Below, piece by piece: positions 44,605 through 56,570 of a DNA stretch of 64,000 bases. The notes beneath the pieces are model-generated. The model saw only the letters and a program-made list of their open reading frames with translations. It did no database searches and was not told where the DNA came from. Source of the DNA: Eledone cirrhosa (Eukaryota); NCBI GenBank assembly GCA_964016885.1, contig CAXHJY010000573.1:1-64000 (forward strand). The letters run 5' to 3'. Numbering within the stretch: the first letter of the stretch is position 1; each line of letters opens with the position of its first letter. The translations under genes and the position numbers were made by a program.

Positions 44605-44751
44605 TAGTTTCTTATTTAGGCAAAAGGCCAACAATTGGGGGGGGGGGATTCTATACCAGTGCGTTACTGTTAATCTATTACATCTACCCCGATATTCTGT
44701 ACCACAAAACGTGTTATCTGACGCTCTATTGGTAATGCTAATCTACCGCCC
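44605..44751 (-). mobile_element. Diverged SINE copy
   Basis: The minus strand starts GGGCGGTAGATTAGCA and ends TGGCCTTTTGCCTAAATAAGAAAC. Confidence 0.65.
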
Positions 44752-45449
44752 TTGTACCTCTTAAAATTGTCACATGTAGCAGTGAGAGGTCAACAACAGG
44801 TATATATATGATTGACAGGTATATATAATCTAGTTTCATCGTATACTTAGTAGTATATCAGAGGAATTCTTCACGAATATTTTATATACATTAAAATGTA
44901 CATAGCATCTTTTAGTATACAATATATTTCATGAATAAACGAAATCTTCAATTTTAAATGAATCCAGGAGCAAATTTAGTAAAGAAATATGTCAATATTA
45001 ATTCGAATTCTGAATCAGAGCTAAAATAAAAGCAACATTCTTTATTAAATTGTTGCATGTACTACAAAAATAGCAAATGATTGTGGTATTAGAAAGACAC
45101 CCTACAGAATTCAGAACCTTATGTACAAGAAGTGAAACGAAAATACAATTCTAACACTTAAATGTTAATCGATCATTTTAATTTATTTCCCGACTCACTT
45201 TCCTCATCAATGTTCCCCATAAGTAACAGAATTGCATGCAATTGTTCTCCATGGTAACGTCTTTAAGTTGTATAAGTGCTCAGACTATGATAGAATGTAC
45301 CTTCGTAAAACTATGATTGGTGTTATTCGCTCTACTAGCCAATAATCATTCTACCTATCTCTTACATTCGCTCGTTACACGTACACAGACACACACATAC
45401 ACAGACACTCGTCTCTCTCTCTCTGTCTCTCTCTCTATCTCTCTCTCTC

Positions 45450-45480
<31 letters not shown>

Positions 45481-47016
45481 TTTATATATATATATAATAT
45501 ACATATGTGTGTGTGTATGTGTGTATGTCTGTATTTGTTTGTAGGTGTGTTTATAATTCTTCTCCGTTACTTCCTTTCGAATATACACTTGCCATCCATC
45601 TTTTAGGCCATCCTCGTCTTCTTATTCTCTCCTTTAAACCGCAACACACATTACAGTTTGATTTACGACGCTGAATTATATTCTCCACTCTTATGTAGAC
45701 TTTCTGGCTACTGATCGGTTTTTCTCTATTTTCAAGCAGTAATTTTCTCGAAACCTTATACGCATAAACACATATGTATACACACACCCATTTTACTGAC
45801 AAGTGATTAACAGTGTTCATGAGTATTTACACGTTATGCTACACTTGGTATAGAAGCATCTAAGTTTTAAGCAAATACCTGCGTAATAAGTAACCACACA
45901 ATTTCCCCCTATCGTTAATCTCTGTCCAATTGAGATTTCAATTCTGAAATGGACGTGAAGACTAAGAGAAAAGAAGAAATATATTTATGCAACTATTTCA
46001 AATTGAAGGTATACTGAGTTTGGTTTCTTGTAAAGGTAATCGTTAATTATGTGCTAATGTTTAGCAATGCTGACGTAAAGATGAACCTTGTGCAGTGTTA
46101 TAACAATACCGATGAATCTCAATGAAGTCTTCGCATACACAATTGTCATCCATTAATCTCACAGTCGACCATTGTTTATTCAAGTAGAAAGGTCAGAGAA
46201 ATATCCTTTATTATACCTTGGCATACTATGCGACTGTACACACATTTAGAATTAGATATACAAGATATACACTTGCCTTAATCCACAGAAAGGCACATAT
46301 ATATACACATACATTTACATAAAGTGATACAAATATATATACATGCACACACACACATAAATGTATATACGTATATATTTTGGTAAGTGAGAGTGTTTGT
46401 ACAGAGAGTGAGACTGAGAACGAAAAAGAGGATAAACGGCGAGAGAAAGAGCAGTGCAAGTAGAGACAACGAAGAATACAACATTTAACAAATTTAAAAG
46501 CTTATATATAGGCTCAAATATATAAAAAGTCAGTCTATACCCTCATACATAGAGGCGTGTATACATATGTACGTGTATGTATTATTTAGGCAGGTAAATA
46601 ATATAGTGATAGAGAGGGGCAGAATGTTTTGTGGGAACAATAGTCACGCAAACATGGGAAATAACATAGAGAGATGTAGATAACTATACAATAGTTGATG
46701 GCTATACAAATTGGGTAAACAATACGAGTCAAGTAAATATTTAAAAGGAAACATTTGTACAGTTATTCTAGTAAGATACAAAAACTTACTCTTTCGTATT
46801 GCTTAAAAGCACTCGATCGCTATACAAGAGATACGTGTTTCGATTCCCTCCAAGTAACAATAGGCAATTATTTTCAAGAGGTTTATTCGATTATTATTTA
46901 AAGCAAATAAACTGAATTATATTTAATTTTACTGGTGCAACTATATTTTCATATTTCAAAATCCTCAACGCTGTTCACATATCTCTCTCTATATATATAC
47001 TTATCTAACTATGTAG

Positions 47017-47093
<77 letters not shown>
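47017..47093. repeat. (TATC)n tetranucleotide array, 5' flank of the LINE
   Basis: Directly visible. Confidence 0.97.
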
Positions 47094-47311
47094 AGTCGTG
47101 TGTCACTTCGCGGAGAAGTTTCCGTTAATTTATGTAAGGAAAAAACGTGAGTTTTTAGTTCAATTTTATATCATTGTGTAACTTGACCACCCGTCTGGAC
47201 CTTCAGGTGGTGGGTCAACTCATTTTCGCCCCTTCAGGGGCGGAATATCCATTTAAAAAATTTTTCTCCATCGAATCTTGGAAAAAAATATTGTAAAATT
47301 TTGATTACGTT

Positions 47312-49228
47312 ATGAACGCTGCGTCCAACGATAATGGTGGTGGAGAGGCGGTAAGACTACCAAGCTCGCAGTTAACAACGTCTTCTTCACTAAATACTAT
47401 AGAGATGGAAAGACAAAATGAAAATAAAAAAACGAATTCACATCCAAACAACACAAATGACACCAAACAGCTCAATGACAACAAAAATAACAGCAAAACC
47501 AATAATGATGATAAAAGCAACAATGATAACAACAACAAAGAAAAAAATAAAGACAACGCCAATAACACCAGCATCAAAGACAACAACAACACCAAGGAAA
47601 ATACGGATGATACCAACATCGGTGACAACAAGAATAACAACAAGAATAACAACAATAATGACAACACCACCAATACGGATTCCACAAAGAAACCAAAAAT
47701 CTCCTTTGCGGAGAAAGTTCAAAAGAAAGAACAATTGATATATCTCGACATAACAAATGCTGAACACCTTTTAAAGGACGCTAAGAGATATGTCACCTTC
47801 GAAAAAAATGGTGCTTTCAGCATCAATTCTCCGGTAGAAATTCGCAAGGAAACTGCTCTCAAAACAATAGTTTTTAGGACAGTTTCCAATTCTACCCGAA
47901 AACCAGTCCAATTGTCACAGAAAGATATTGAACTGGTTTTCAAAGATTCAATGAATGATATTGCATTCATTCAAAGAAGCAAACTTTTTGGGAGTATTTC
48001 GGTACTGATGAAGGATCAATTGACGGCCCAAAATTACTCTGTGTCGCCAATTGTATCCAACCTGTACACCCTTTTCCCTACATACATGGGAAAAAGGACA
48101 CAAAAGATCAGAATCACAAGTGTCACACCAAAGGTGAACATATGGTGGATACTGTGCGGCTTCATCAATTTTGATGAAGACAGAATACTGTCAGTAGGCA
48201 AGTCCCCCAGAGATGTATTCAATGGGACTAGCATTGAAGTTCTGGTGCAAATGAGCCCAGAGCGAATAGCTATGATCCCACAGCGTGTACTCCTGGACGG
48301 ACTTACCTACATAAACCTTTCGGTTGAGGGTAGGCGGCCTTCATGTTACCATTGCTTTAGCAGGGGTCACCTGAGGGCTTCCTGTCCTAAACTAATGAAC
48401 CAAAAAAAGGCTCTTCTGCCAACACCCATCAAAACAACACAACCACCAACACCACCACTACAACAACAACACCAACACACAAAAATAACCACAACAAACA
48501 CAGTCCCACCCAACCTCACTCCACCTAAAACCACTGCAAAATCACATACAGACACAACAGCTCCCCAAGACATACCCCTCCCCAATCACACAGACGATAC
48601 AACAGATGAGGCTATCTCGCCATCACCCAGTGAAGACGAGGGAGAACCCCATCGCTCGAAAAGAAAGAAAAGACATCACAAAAGCAAAAAACCAGCAAAC
48701 ACTACCACAAACATACAACCACCAACACAAACAACAAAAATATCACAAACAAAACCCCCACCTCCTGAAAACAAAATACCTACAACAAAACGAAAGCACA
48801 CACAAGAACTACAGACAAAAACAAACACAACACAAGAAAATTACACTTACACTTACATAAACACTGAAAACAAAACACTAATGGAGACCATTACGAACGA
48901 CCCTTCGGTTTTCACCGAAGGGAAAACTTTCGCCCACTCTATAAAAAATAGCAAAAAAATGAACCTAAAACTGATTAGGGTCCCTATACAAACTTATAGG
49001 TCCCTAAAAGAAACATTTGAGAAGGATGTGGGGAATTCCTGCGTGAAACCACTCAACCGCGTCCTTCTCAAATGCCTCCCCACCCCAGACACCCCCATTC
49101 CACCAGACCCCACCCCACCAAACATCTGCGTCCCCACCCCGCCGGAAACCACCACCCATCCAGACAACCCCTCCAACACCCCCATGGAAATCGTGCGGCC
49201 TGGTCCCCAGGAGGCGAAGGGTGAGTGA
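47312..49228 (+). CDS. LINE ORF1 protein (gag-like, single CCHC zinc knuckle)
   Basis: 638 aa; Asn-rich N-terminus, SFAEKV motif, CYHCFSRGHLRASC (CX2CX4HX4C), Pro/Thr-rich linker. Confidence 0.92.
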   Translation: MNAASNDNGGGEAVRLPSSQLTTSSSLNTIEMERQNENKKTNSHPNNTNDTKQLNDNKNNSKTNNDDKSNNDNNNKEKNKDNANNTSIKDNNNTKENTDDTNIGDNKNNNKNNNNNDNTTNTDSTKKPKISFAEKVQKKEQLIYLDITNAEHLLKDAKRYVTFEKNGAFSINSPVEIRKETALKTIVFRTVSNSTRKPVQLSQKDIELVFKDSMNDIAFIQRSKLFGSISVLMKDQLTAQNYSVSPIVSNLYTLFPTYMGKRTQKIRITSVTPKVNIWWILCGFINFDEDRILSVGKSPRDVFNGTSIEVLVQMSPERIAMIPQRVLLDGLTYINLSVEGRRPSCYHCFSRGHLRASCPKLMNQKKALLPTPIKTTQPPTPPLQQQHQHTKITTTNTVPPNLTPPKTTAKSHTDTTAPQDIPLPNHTDDTTDEAISPSPSEDEGEPHRSKRKKRHHKSKKPANTTTNIQPPTQTTKISQTKPPPPENKIPTTKRKHTQELQTKTNTTQENYTYTYINTENKTLMETITNDPSVFTEGKTFAHSIKNSKKMNLKLIRVPIQTYRSLKETFEKDVGNSCVKPLNRVLLKCLPTPDTPIPPDPTPPNICVPTPPETTTHPDNPSNTPMEIVRPGPQEAKGE

Positions 49229-49261
49229 TCTCTTTTCCTCTTTTAACTTTTCAGCACCAAC

Positions 49262-52200
49262 ATGGCCAATATAAGAGTTGGATGTGTGAACGTACGCGGC
49301 CTGGGGATGCCCTGGAAACAGGGCAAACTCTTAAACGACCTCAGGTCGCACAGTTTGGATGTGGTAGCCATTTGCGAGTCCAGGATCCACGGCGAGCGAC
49401 AGCTGGCCCCCATCTTCGATGACTTTGAGATCTACGCATCTCTCTGTCAACCGGGGGGTGGGGGCGGAGTTGCCGTTTTGCTGCGGAAACACCTGGGCCT
49501 CGTAACACAGACGGTACATCTGGACCCGGGGGGTCGACTGGTGGTCCTAGACGTTGACGGTAGTGAAGGTGGAGCGTTCAGGCTGGTGGCCGCATATGCC
49601 CCATCCGGGACACCGCGGCCAGACTTCTTCAAACGTCTAGAGACTTTTCTGGGAACGTCCCGCTCCTTGCTTTTAGTGGGGGACTGGAATGGAATCCTAG
49701 ATGCACGTTGGGACTATGTGGGAGCATGTCCCGATAAAGGGGGGTGTAACAGCCTCAAACAGTTAATCGACCGATTTGACCTGGCCGATAGATATCGACT
49801 AGATTTTCCGACTGCGCCACTGTGGACGTGGAGTAATCGTAGCGGAACATCTAGATCGTACCTAGATAGGGTTCTAGTTAGAAATAAGGATAGGGACATG
49901 TTAAGCTGTCCACAAATGTTCATGGTTGCCTATTCAGATCACAAACTAGTGACCTGCATGGCCAACCTTGATAGAACCCATAGACAAGGACCCGGCTACT
50001 GGAAGCTGAACTTGTCGTTACCGACAAGCAAAGCCTACAGTAGACGGATTAGCACTTTAGTTAAACAGCACTTGACAGGGGCCATTGTCAACAACAGATG
50101 GTGGTACTCTCTCAAGAGGGCAGTTAGATTAGACTCGATAGTTTTTAGTAAAGAATTAGCGTTAGATAGAAATAGAACCGAGAAGGAACTGGTAGATAAA
50201 GTAGAAGAGGCTATTAGAAGTGGCAACGTAGCCAGCGTGCTAGCAACGAGAACGGCCTTGGACCAGTTCTTCGACGCAAAGCACGAGGGCTGCGTTGTCA
50301 GAAGCAAAATACGTGCTCTGGGAAACGAGGGAGCCAAAGCTGTTAGCTGGGCCCGAGTGACGGAGGCAAAAAGTGGCAACAAGTCCACGATTCGGTCTTT
50401 GAAGGACCAAAACGGACGCGTGATACGTGAGCCGAAGCAGATGTGTGCGGCTTTTCAGCGGCACTTTGCTCGGCTGTTCGGGGGGAGCGGCGCGCCGGGA
50501 GAGGCTATGGATTTCGGTCCATACCTCGACGGCCTACCGCGTCTCTCGGACAGCGAGGCGAAGTTCTGCGAAAAGCCGATTTCAGCCACTGAGATAGGGG
50601 ACGCGCTGAGCCAATGCGGCAAACGCAAATCTCCAGGTCTCGACGGTCTACCCTACGAATTTTACGTAGCAATGCCGGACTTATTCTCCGGTCTCCTGGA
50701 AGCGGTCTACTGCAACTGGCAACAGAACGGGAGAATTCCCAGTTCTGTAACCGGGGGCGTGGTCACACTAATCAGGAAGGACGAGAATAAGGGGGATGAC
50801 ATAGGCAACTTCCGGCCCATAACTCTGCTAAACACAGAGTTACAGATTTTGGCCAAGGTGTTGGCAAAGAGGCTGGCGCTTGTCGTCGAGAACCTGGTGG
50901 GAGAAGCGCAGACATGCGCGATCCCGACCAGGTCCATACACGACAACCTCCACCTCATGCGATACATCATAGAGAGGGTAGGGTGTAAACCCGGCTTCGG
51001 TGGGGCCCTGATCAACTTGGATCAGTCTAAGGCTTTCGATAGGGTTGACCATCGTTACCTGGATGCGGTGCTCGAGGCGGCAGGCTTCGGACCCGTGTTC
51101 AGGGGCTGGATTGCTGCAATGCACAACAGCAACATCTGCTCAAGGGTCAAGGTGAACGGTTACCTCTCGGAGCCGTTCCATATTACGCGATCCATTCGAC
51201 AGGGATGCCCTCTCTCCTCCCTTCTGTACGTACTGACTCTCGAGCCACTACTGCGGAAGCTGGAGCTATTGCAGGGCATCCCTCTGGAACCGGGACTGCG
51301 GAAAGCGGCGTCGGCCTACGCCGACGACGTGACAGTAATGGTGTCGAGCGCCTCGCAAATCGAGGAAGTCGGCACCTTACTAAAGGAATACGAAAGTCTC
51401 ACAGGAGCGAAGCTGAACCGGGACAAGTCCATCGGTTTGCAACTCGGATCGTGGAGAGGCAGACCGATGCCTTCCGATGGCGTCGTCGGACGCTGGACGG
51501 AAGGACCGGTAAAGCTGCTCGGGGTCTGGTTTGGTCCGGACCTCCAGGTGGAGAAGAACTGGAACGAAGTGACGGCCAAGATGTTTGCACTCACCCAGAA
51601 GTGGGCCGAGTGCAAACTATCCTTGAAAGGTCGAGCGGAGGTGGCGAACACTTTTATAGCGTCCGCCATCTACTACCGCTTGACCGTCGTGCCTTGTCCA
51701 GCCAAAACGCTCGCCAAAATGGAGCGCGCCCTCTTCCGATTCCTTTGGAAGAGGCGGGCTCCTTTGGTAAGAAGATCCATCTGCTGCCAACACCCTTCTA
51801 ACGGAGGGCTGGGGATGCCGTGGTTGACGATGCGCAAACACGCGCTCAGGCTGCGGCATCTCTACGTATTCCTCACCGGACAACCGGTGTGGGCCCCGTT
51901 CGTGAGGCGAGCCTTCCCACGACTCGTCTCGCTGACCGAGCTGCAGTCCTGGGTCAAGCAGAGACCGAGGAAAATGGGCGACTGGCACATCGAATGTGCT
52001 CAGGCGCTCACAGCCCTCTGGCAGGCGGACCCGGCGATCAGTGGAGACTCCACTTCGTCATTCTATAGAGGGTTGGTCCGCAGCAAGTGCGACGACGCGC
52101 TCGGTGAAACTCTAGGCGTGGAGGAAGATGAACTGGCCAGTCTGTTCGGTAGGACCTTCCGCCCGGGACCGATGGACAACTTCCAAAAGTCCCTGGCCTG

Positions 52201-52699
52201 GCAGTGCTACCGAGGAGCTCTACCAGTTCGAGACAAGCTCTACAGACATGGGCGCCCGGGCAGGGACCCTGCAAAAAAGATCTGTCCGAGGTGCGTGCGA
52301 GACGAAGAAACCGTCGCGCACGCATTCATACACTGCCCGGGCGTCACTGACCTGTGGGGCTATGTAGAACGACTATTGTCGCGGGTGGGACCAATCCAGT
52401 TGACCACCGAGTCCATTGTCATGATCAAACCGCCACCCTCCTTCAAAAACGAAGGAGAGGCGGTTTTCCTTTGTGTGATAGCTATGGCGAAAGAGGTTGT
52501 ATGGTGGACAAGGTTGAAAGGGCTGAGGTCAGACACCTTTCTCTCCGGCCAACAACTGATTCTTTTTTTCAAATACCACTTTGGAAGAAGAATCAGGATG
52601 GAGAGAGAGGTGCTGTACCCCAGCAAGTTTTATGAAAGGTGGGTGAAAGTGGCGAGAATGGCCCGAGTGAATGGGCCTTCTCTCTATATCAGCCTGTAG
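49262..52699 (+). CDS. LINE ORF2 protein: APE endonuclease + reverse transcriptase + C-terminal zinc-binding domain
   Basis: 1145 aa uninterrupted. APE motifs: NVRGL, CES, GDWN, LDR, SDH. RT motifs: KSPGLDGLP.EFY, RPITLLN, LDQSKAFDRV, RQGCPLS, YADD. Also GGLG and CPRC..ETVAHAFIHC. Confidence 0.97.
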   Translation: MANIRVGCVNVRGLGMPWKQGKLLNDLRSHSLDVVAICESRIHGERQLAPIFDDFEIYASLCQPGGGGGVAVLLRKHLGLVTQTVHLDPGGRLVVLDVDGSEGGAFRLVAAYAPSGTPRPDFFKRLETFLGTSRSLLLVGDWNGILDARWDYVGACPDKGGCNSLKQLIDRFDLADRYRLDFPTAPLWTWSNRSGTSRSYLDRVLVRNKDRDMLSCPQMFMVAYSDHKLVTCMANLDRTHRQGPGYWKLNLSLPTSKAYSRRISTLVKQHLTGAIVNNRWWYSLKRAVRLDSIVFSKELALDRNRTEKELVDKVEEAIRSGNVASVLATRTALDQFFDAKHEGCVVRSKIRALGNEGAKAVSWARVTEAKSGNKSTIRSLKDQNGRVIREPKQMCAAFQRHFARLFGGSGAPGEAMDFGPYLDGLPRLSDSEAKFCEKPISATEIGDALSQCGKRKSPGLDGLPYEFYVAMPDLFSGLLEAVYCNWQQNGRIPSSVTGGVVTLIRKDENKGDDIGNFRPITLLNTELQILAKVLAKRLALVVENLVGEAQTCAIPTRSIHDNLHLMRYIIERVGCKPGFGGALINLDQSKAFDRVDHRYLDAVLEAAGFGPVFRGWIAAMHNSNICSRVKVNGYLSEPFHITRSIRQGCPLSSLLYVLTLEPLLRKLELLQGIPLEPGLRKAASAYADDVTVMVSSASQIEEVGTLLKEYESLTGAKLNRDKSIGLQLGSWRGRPMPSDGVVGRWTEGPVKLLGVWFGPDLQVEKNWNEVTAKMFALTQKWAECKLSLKGRAEVANTFIASAIYYRLTVVPCPAKTLAKMERALFRFLWKRRAPLVRRSICCQHPSNGGLGMPWLTMRKHALRLRHLYVFLTGQPVWAPFVRRAFPRLVSLTELQSWVKQRPRKMGDWHIECAQALTALWQADPAISGDSTSSFYRGLVRSKCDDALGETLGVEEDELASLFGRTFRPGPMDNFQKSLAWQCYRGALPVRDKLYRHGRPGRDPAKKICPRCVRDEETVAHAFIHCPGVTDLWGYVERLLSRVGPIQLTTESIVMIKPPPSFKNEGEAVFLCVIAMAKEVVWWTRLKGLRSDTFLSGQQLILFFKYHFGRRIRMEREVLYPSKFYERWVKVARMARVNGPSLYISL

Positions 52700-53000
52700 G
52701 TTGAGGAAAAGGAGGAGGAGAGGAAAGGAGTACAAGCTCTTCGTACTCCTGGAGATGAGGGTTGCACATTTTTTTCGGGGGTCTGTGTTACCCATATAAA
52801 CTGTCTCCCTCTATTGGGGAAAATCGACTAACTTTTAAATTCCATCTGTGATAACATTTTACACGTTTTTATTGTATGTAAACTTCCCCCTTTGTATTTG
52901 TCCCCTTCTTTTGTGCCCCTGTGGCTAATAAAGAAATATATCTATCTATCTATCTATCTGTGGCTAATAAAGAAATCTATCTATCTACCTATCTATTTAT

Positions 53001-55739
53001 ATTGGGGTAGACACAAGTGTAAAATTACTTGGTAAGTTCTGCTGAAATTTCTATAAATATTCTTGACTGTGAGCCTTCATTTTAATACGCATTTGTAGAG
53101 GGACTGTTAGTCTCTCAAAATATCGTACGGCTTCAAGCGAAATCGTTCAAGAAAAATGTTTGCAGAAACTAACTTAAAAAACAAAATGGCTGACGCAATA
53201 ACAGCTTCATCATCAACATTTAAAGGAGGAAAATGGAAGATATGATTACAGCTTTTCTTCACCCGCTGACCGACAACTTGACGTTGCCATGGCAGCAAGC
53301 CAAAACCAATCTGCGTAACAATCCACAAAAACAACACAACGATGCTATGAACGAAAACAACAACAACAATACAACAATAGAAATCAGCAACAACACAGTC
53401 AACGTGACCACCACCATCACCAATAACATAAGCACCAATGACTAAAATAATAAAAATATACAAACAAAATAATGTGTAGACACAGTGGCCTAGCCAATTG
53501 AATACATAGACAATGGCAGAGCGCAATATTTAAAAGACGCGGCACTACAACATCACCATGGAAGGCCATATATTCCGGATGAGCACCCCACCGGAAATTA
53601 GGGTGGTGACCCTAAGAAAAACAATTTTCTACCGGACTATCTGCGCACAAACCACGAAATCCATGGCTCTAAGCAATAGCACTGTGGAAACCGAACTAAA
53701 AGAGGCAATGTCAAGCATTGCTCACCTCCAAAGGGTCAAGAAGTACGGGAGTATCACGGTGCTCTTTAAAATCAGCGAAGCCCTCGCCCAGAAATATTAG
53801 GTGGCTCCAATTAGAACGAGCCAACACATCTTCTTCCCAAGATACATGGGAAGAAGAACACATAAAATAGGGATCTCCCAGTGGGGTGGGGTGGGTTGGG
53901 TTTTCGGTTGCTCTTTTTCTTCGAAAAAACCTGGATCTCAAAGTACAGACAATTTACTTGAACTCAGAGGGCAGCATGGTGATCCTAGACGTGAATGGTA
54001 GTGAAGGTGGAGCTTTCAGACTGGTGGGCGTATATGCACCGGCTAGGACATTCCGAACAGAGTTCTTCAAGCGTCTGGAGCCATTCCTGGGAACGTCTCG
54101 CTCTCTAGTGTTAGCGGGGGACTGGAATGGAATCTTAGACGCACGTTGGGAATATGTAGGGGCTTGTGATAATAGAGAGGGGTGTAATATCCTCAAACAT
54201 CTCATCAACCAATTCCAACTGCCTGATAGATATTGACTAGCTATTGACTAGATATTGACAAACCATGCCTTCCGACAGCGTCTGTGGAGACTGGACGGAA
54301 GGACCGGTGAAATTGCTCGGAGTCTGGTTTGGACCAGACCTCTAGGGGGACAAGAACTGGAACGAGGTCACGGCGAATGTATTTGCACTCACCCTGAAGT
54401 GGCCTGAGTGCAAACTATCCTTGAATGTTCGAATGGAGGTGGCGAACACTTACATAGTGTCCATCATCAACTACCACGTGACATTAGTGCCTTGTCCCCA
54501 CAAACACCTCACCAAAATGGAACGTCTACTCTTCATGTTCCGCTGGAAGAAACAGGCTCCATTTGTGAGGAGATCCATCTGCTGCCAATACCCTTCTAAC
54601 GGAGGTCTGGGCATGCCGTGGCTGATGATGCGCAAACACGCTTTGAGACTACACCATCTCAGGTATTTGTGACCGGCGAACTGGTATGGTTTTCCTATGT
54701 GAGACGAGCTCTTCCACAACTCGTCTCGCTAACATAGCTGCAGTGCTGGGTCAAGCGAAGACCGAGAGTGGGCAGCTGGCAACACGAGTGCCTTCAGGCG
54801 GTCACAGCCCTCTACCAAGTGGAAACGGCAATCAGCGGCGACTCCACTTCGACATTCTATAGGGGATTAGTAGAAGATAAGTACGACGACGTTTTCGGGG
54901 AAATTCTAGGCATCGAAGTGGACGGTCTAATCAGTTTCTACGGGAGGACTTTCGATCAGGGTCTATGGATAACTTCCAGAGGTCTTTGGCCTGGCAGTGC
55001 TACCGAGGAGCTCTACCAGTTCGAGACAAATATCTACAGGCACGGACACCCTGGCAGAGATCCTCCCAAAAGGACTGGTCCAAGATACGTGCAGCACATT
55101 GAAACTGTCCAACACGCAAGTGTTTAGTGCCCAGGGGTGATTGACCTGTGGAATTATGTCGAACAACTACTGTCATGTGTGGGACGCATCCAGTTGTCAG
55201 CCGAGTCAATCGTGAGGATCACGCCGCCGCCTTCATTTAAGAATGAAGGAGAGGCGGTTTTCCTCTGTCTGATGTCAATGGGGAAAGAGGTAATATGGTG
55301 GACGAGGTTAAAAGGACTGAAGGCAAGCACCTTTCTCTCCAAACAACAACTCATCCCCCTTTTTAAGTACTAATACAGAAGGAAGGCGAGAAGGGAGAGA
55401 GAGGTGCTATACCCCAGTAAATTCGCTGAAAGGAGGTTAAATGTGGCGAAAATGACCCGAGTGAATGGGCCTTCTCTGTATATAATAAACCTCTAGTTTG
55501 AGGAAGACAGAGAGGGGAAGGGAACTCCTTCAAAACGTGCTCTTGGTGTTGAGGGTTGTTCTCTCCACGGGGTGTAAAACCCGCAGTAACGTTCTTCCTT
55601 AATCGAGATTTCGATTGTTTCATTTTTATTTTATACATAATTTACTCTCCTCCATTATTGTAAAATATTTCATGTAAAGCACCCGCAGTCACGTCTTGTA
55701 ATCTCCTATTTCTGTACGCCCTTGTGGCAAATAAAGAAA
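53001..55739 (+). mobile_element. Diverged, internally deleted relative of the Tx1-like LINE in tandem
   Basis: ORF1 remnant (PRYMGRRT.KI), APE remnant (LDVNGSEGGAFRLV..GDWN) and ORF2 C-terminal remnant. Ends GTGGCAAATAAAGAAA followed by TATATCTATCTACCTAT. Confidence 0.88.
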
Positions 55740-55881
55740 TATATCTATCTACCTATACTCTCAGGGAATGATCAAATAGTTTTTTCTTTCAAAATAAACC
55801 CTCGAGAGCAAGAATGTTGTTATTAATAAGAAAAGTTGAAATTGAGGCAAGCAAGATTTCATGGGCTCTAGCACCATTCCT

Positions 55882-55957
<76 letters not shown>

Positions 55958-56011
55958 TTCTCTCTTTCTTTCTCTCTCTTTCTTTCTCTCTCTCTATCTC
56001 TCTCTTTATTT

Positions 56012-56142
<131 letters not shown>

Positions 56143-56570
56143 AATTTCCCACTCTACTACCCTAAGTATTGAGTACTCTGGTGCGTTATGGTCCATCTGG
56201 TTCCTTACCACAATTCCTTTGTTATATATATATATATATATATATACACTCACCGCTTAATAACCAAATATTCGGCTTCAAACATTATTTAAATAAGAAT
56301 ACATAATATGCGGTGTATGAATGACTCTACACTGTAAGCGACGATCGGTTGATAGCAATTTTTATGACGAAAGTATTCTTAAGGTTCATATATAATACAA
56401 ATTTGTACAAATTCTTTGAGCAATTACACAGAATACAAAAAAAAAAAAAGTTTTGATCTAAATTTCTAAATTGTAAATATATCAAAATTTATTAGAATTT
56501 CTTATTTTGCCTAAACTGATGTAACATTTCTTTTAAATCGTTTAATTTGATAGTGTTATATTTATTCCTA

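Larger units (their letters stand above)
47094..52936 (+). mobile_element. Apparently full-length, intact L1-group (Tx1-like) non-LTR retrotransposon inserted in (TATC)n
   Basis: ~220-nt 5' UTR, ORF1, ORF2 and a 3' UTR ending AATAAAGAAA, with (TATC)n at both junctions. Confidence 0.93.

Noticed and set aside
45948-46012. Possible host exons (ATG...AAG|GTATAC here; AG/GT-like signals near 30505-30557, 61750-61830 and 63280-63340)
   Set aside because: They are short, give no recognisable protein and form no consistent exon chain. RNA-seq or homology would be needed.
49221-49254. 34-nt intron fusing LINE ORF1 to ORF2
   Set aside because: Removal shifts the frame (GCA CCA ACA TGG), and the intron is implausibly short.
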